NCBI GenBank assembly: GCA_976226885.1
Contig: OZ320323.1
Location: forward strand, 52,514,001 to 52,578,000
Direction: 5' to 3'
From: Iphione sp. A-MEVVRFRX5
Taxonomy: Eukaryota
DNA: 64,000 nt
The position numbers were made by a program, and so were the translations under genes. Positions 62,779 to 64,000 of this stretch are shown here, piece after piece. A model generated the notes under the pieces. The model worked only from the letters and a program-made list of their open reading frames with translations, was not told the origin of the DNA and made no database searches. The stretch's first letter is position 1, and the number at the start of each line of letters is the position of its first letter.

Positions 62779-63355
62779 TTAGCCAGTTACGGGTGACTCA
62801 AGCGGCAACAGTGCTCGCGGCGGTGACGACTGGCTCCTCCCTCTCCTGACTCCAACACACCACACCAGGTACGCCTCACGACGGGTGATCGCTCCCCTCT
62901 GGACCGCTTGTAGGAGCTGCTGCATCTGCTCGTCGTTGTCTGCTGCCCCTCTCGCCTCGCGATGTCTCACGATGGCATGCCGTAGGTCCTCAGGACCCAG
63001 CTCGTTCAGTGGACTCGTCATCCTACCCGGTTGGGCAGGGGATAGCTGATTGCAGTCCACTTCCTCGACCGGCGCCTCTAACCGGCCCCACTGAGGGTCG
63101 GGGGACTCTCGCCTAATGCTCTCTGGTGCAACTGGTTTTGTCTGTGACAACGTCCGCCTTCCAGGCTTCACTGGTTCCATCAGCGACAGCCCCGTCAGCG
63201 ACAGGTTCAAAGGCTGTTCTCCCTACGTGAGTCGCACGCCTCTCGGAAGTTTGCGTTCGGTAACCTGTCGTGGTAGTTGATGTTCCCGGCGTACTGTTAG
63301 CGAGTACGCGGGGCGTCCTAACACTCTGGTGATGTACCTCGGTTGATTCCGTCAT
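62779..63355 (-). CDS. Leader ORF(s) of unknown function upstream of gag (80 aa + 143 aa overlapping, possibly one frameshifted ORF)
   Basis: ORFs 63113-63355 (ATG preceded by acceptor-like ttctcacattttcgag) and 62779-63210, which contains helical-looking EDLRHAIVRHREARGAADNDEQMQQLLQAVQRGAITRREAY. Confidence 0.4.
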
Positions 63356-63530
63356 CCTCGAAAATGTGAGAACAGCGGGCTTCGTCCTTGGACAAAGTAT
63401 GATGAGTACACCACGTGTCAGTTAGCTGCTTCCACTACCTCACTGACGAATGGTTGTCTCGGCGGCGAAGATGCCCACATGGGTGCTTTGGCATCACTTT
63501 GTTGATACGTCTGGCGAAGCTCAGCGGCTG

Positions 63531-63548
63531 ATCCTGGTCACGGCACCA
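63531..63548 (-). other. Primer-binding site, tRNA-His-like
   Basis: Minus strand TGGTGCCGTGACCAGGAT. The plus strand ATCCTGGTCACGGCACCA matches my recollection of the 3' end (with CCA) of invertebrate tRNA-His(GUG). It lies 11 nt from the LTR end. Confidence 0.75.
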
Positions 63549-63559
63549 AAAGAGATGGG

Positions 63560-64000
63560 TGTAGCACTAAAGCAACACCACGAGTCAGGTTCAATGTCAG
63601 CTTTTTATTCTTCAGCTTCGTAGCACAGGTACAATCATCAGCAGCAGCAACCCGGGCGAGTCCAACTAACTTTTTGGACCGGCAACCTTATATACCGGAC
63701 GAGCTGGATACGGTTGTCCGTCAAATGTCAAACACATCTTGTTCAGACAAAGCGTCATTAAAGTTTTACTCTCTGACGTCAATAGCACCTCGTATCCAGG
63801 GTAGCAGCAAAGCATTACCTTACACGCTATCTTGTTGTTGCGCCCGGACACCGTGTGAACAATCGTTACTTTAATGACAAGGCTCTGGTTACTGATAAGC
63901 GAAGAATTGCGAAGCGGGCGAAAAACAGACTACATCCTGTGTAGTGCAAGTGAAAATTTTCTCAGTAAACATTAACATACTTCGCACAAGGCTTTACTTG
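63560..64000 (-). mobile_element. 5' LTR (U5 part; runs off the window)
   Basis: Gapless match to 52018-52458 with about 22 substitutions in 441 nt by hand count. Confidence 0.92.

Noticed and set aside
57349-62849. Numerous plus-strand ORFs over gag/pol (e.g. 58906-59472, 59633-60088, 62367-62849)
   Set aside because: These are antisense shadows of coding sequence with no recognisable motifs.

Overview
This is AT-rich animal genomic DNA (marine-invertebrate-like, taxon not determinable), not prokaryotic. No CRISPR array, rRNA or tRNA gene was found. Left third: a hand-assembled multi-exon minus-strand gene (ATG 19923, running to at least 864) encoding Gly/Met-rich N-terminus, LRRs, a degenerate Roc/COR-like segment and a C-terminal TIR-like domain. 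It shows three separate intragenic duplications, and its introns hold MITEs and minisatellites. Middle: decayed RTE LINE, DIRS/Ngaro-like element and L2/CR1-like LINE, then a two-coding-exon GBP/atlastin-family GTPase gene (38829-42349, +) with an unexpected signal-peptide-like N-terminus and no helical domain. After that come a Penelope-like element split by a solo LTR, a Tigger-like MITE and a 333-bp tandem duplication. Right quarter: a nearly full-length Ty3/Gypsy-type endogenous virus-like element on the minus strand (52018 to beyond 64000). It has 1.84-kb LTRs, a tRNA-His-like PBS, leader ORFs, gag, pol with a long integrase tail, and a spliced class I (F-like) env. Its U3 carries tandem perfect GGTCAnnnTGACC palindromes, and it appears to be inserted into gag of an older relative. 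All its genes, env included, carry nonsense or frameshift lesions. All exon models, alignments and counts were made by eye and no database search was run.
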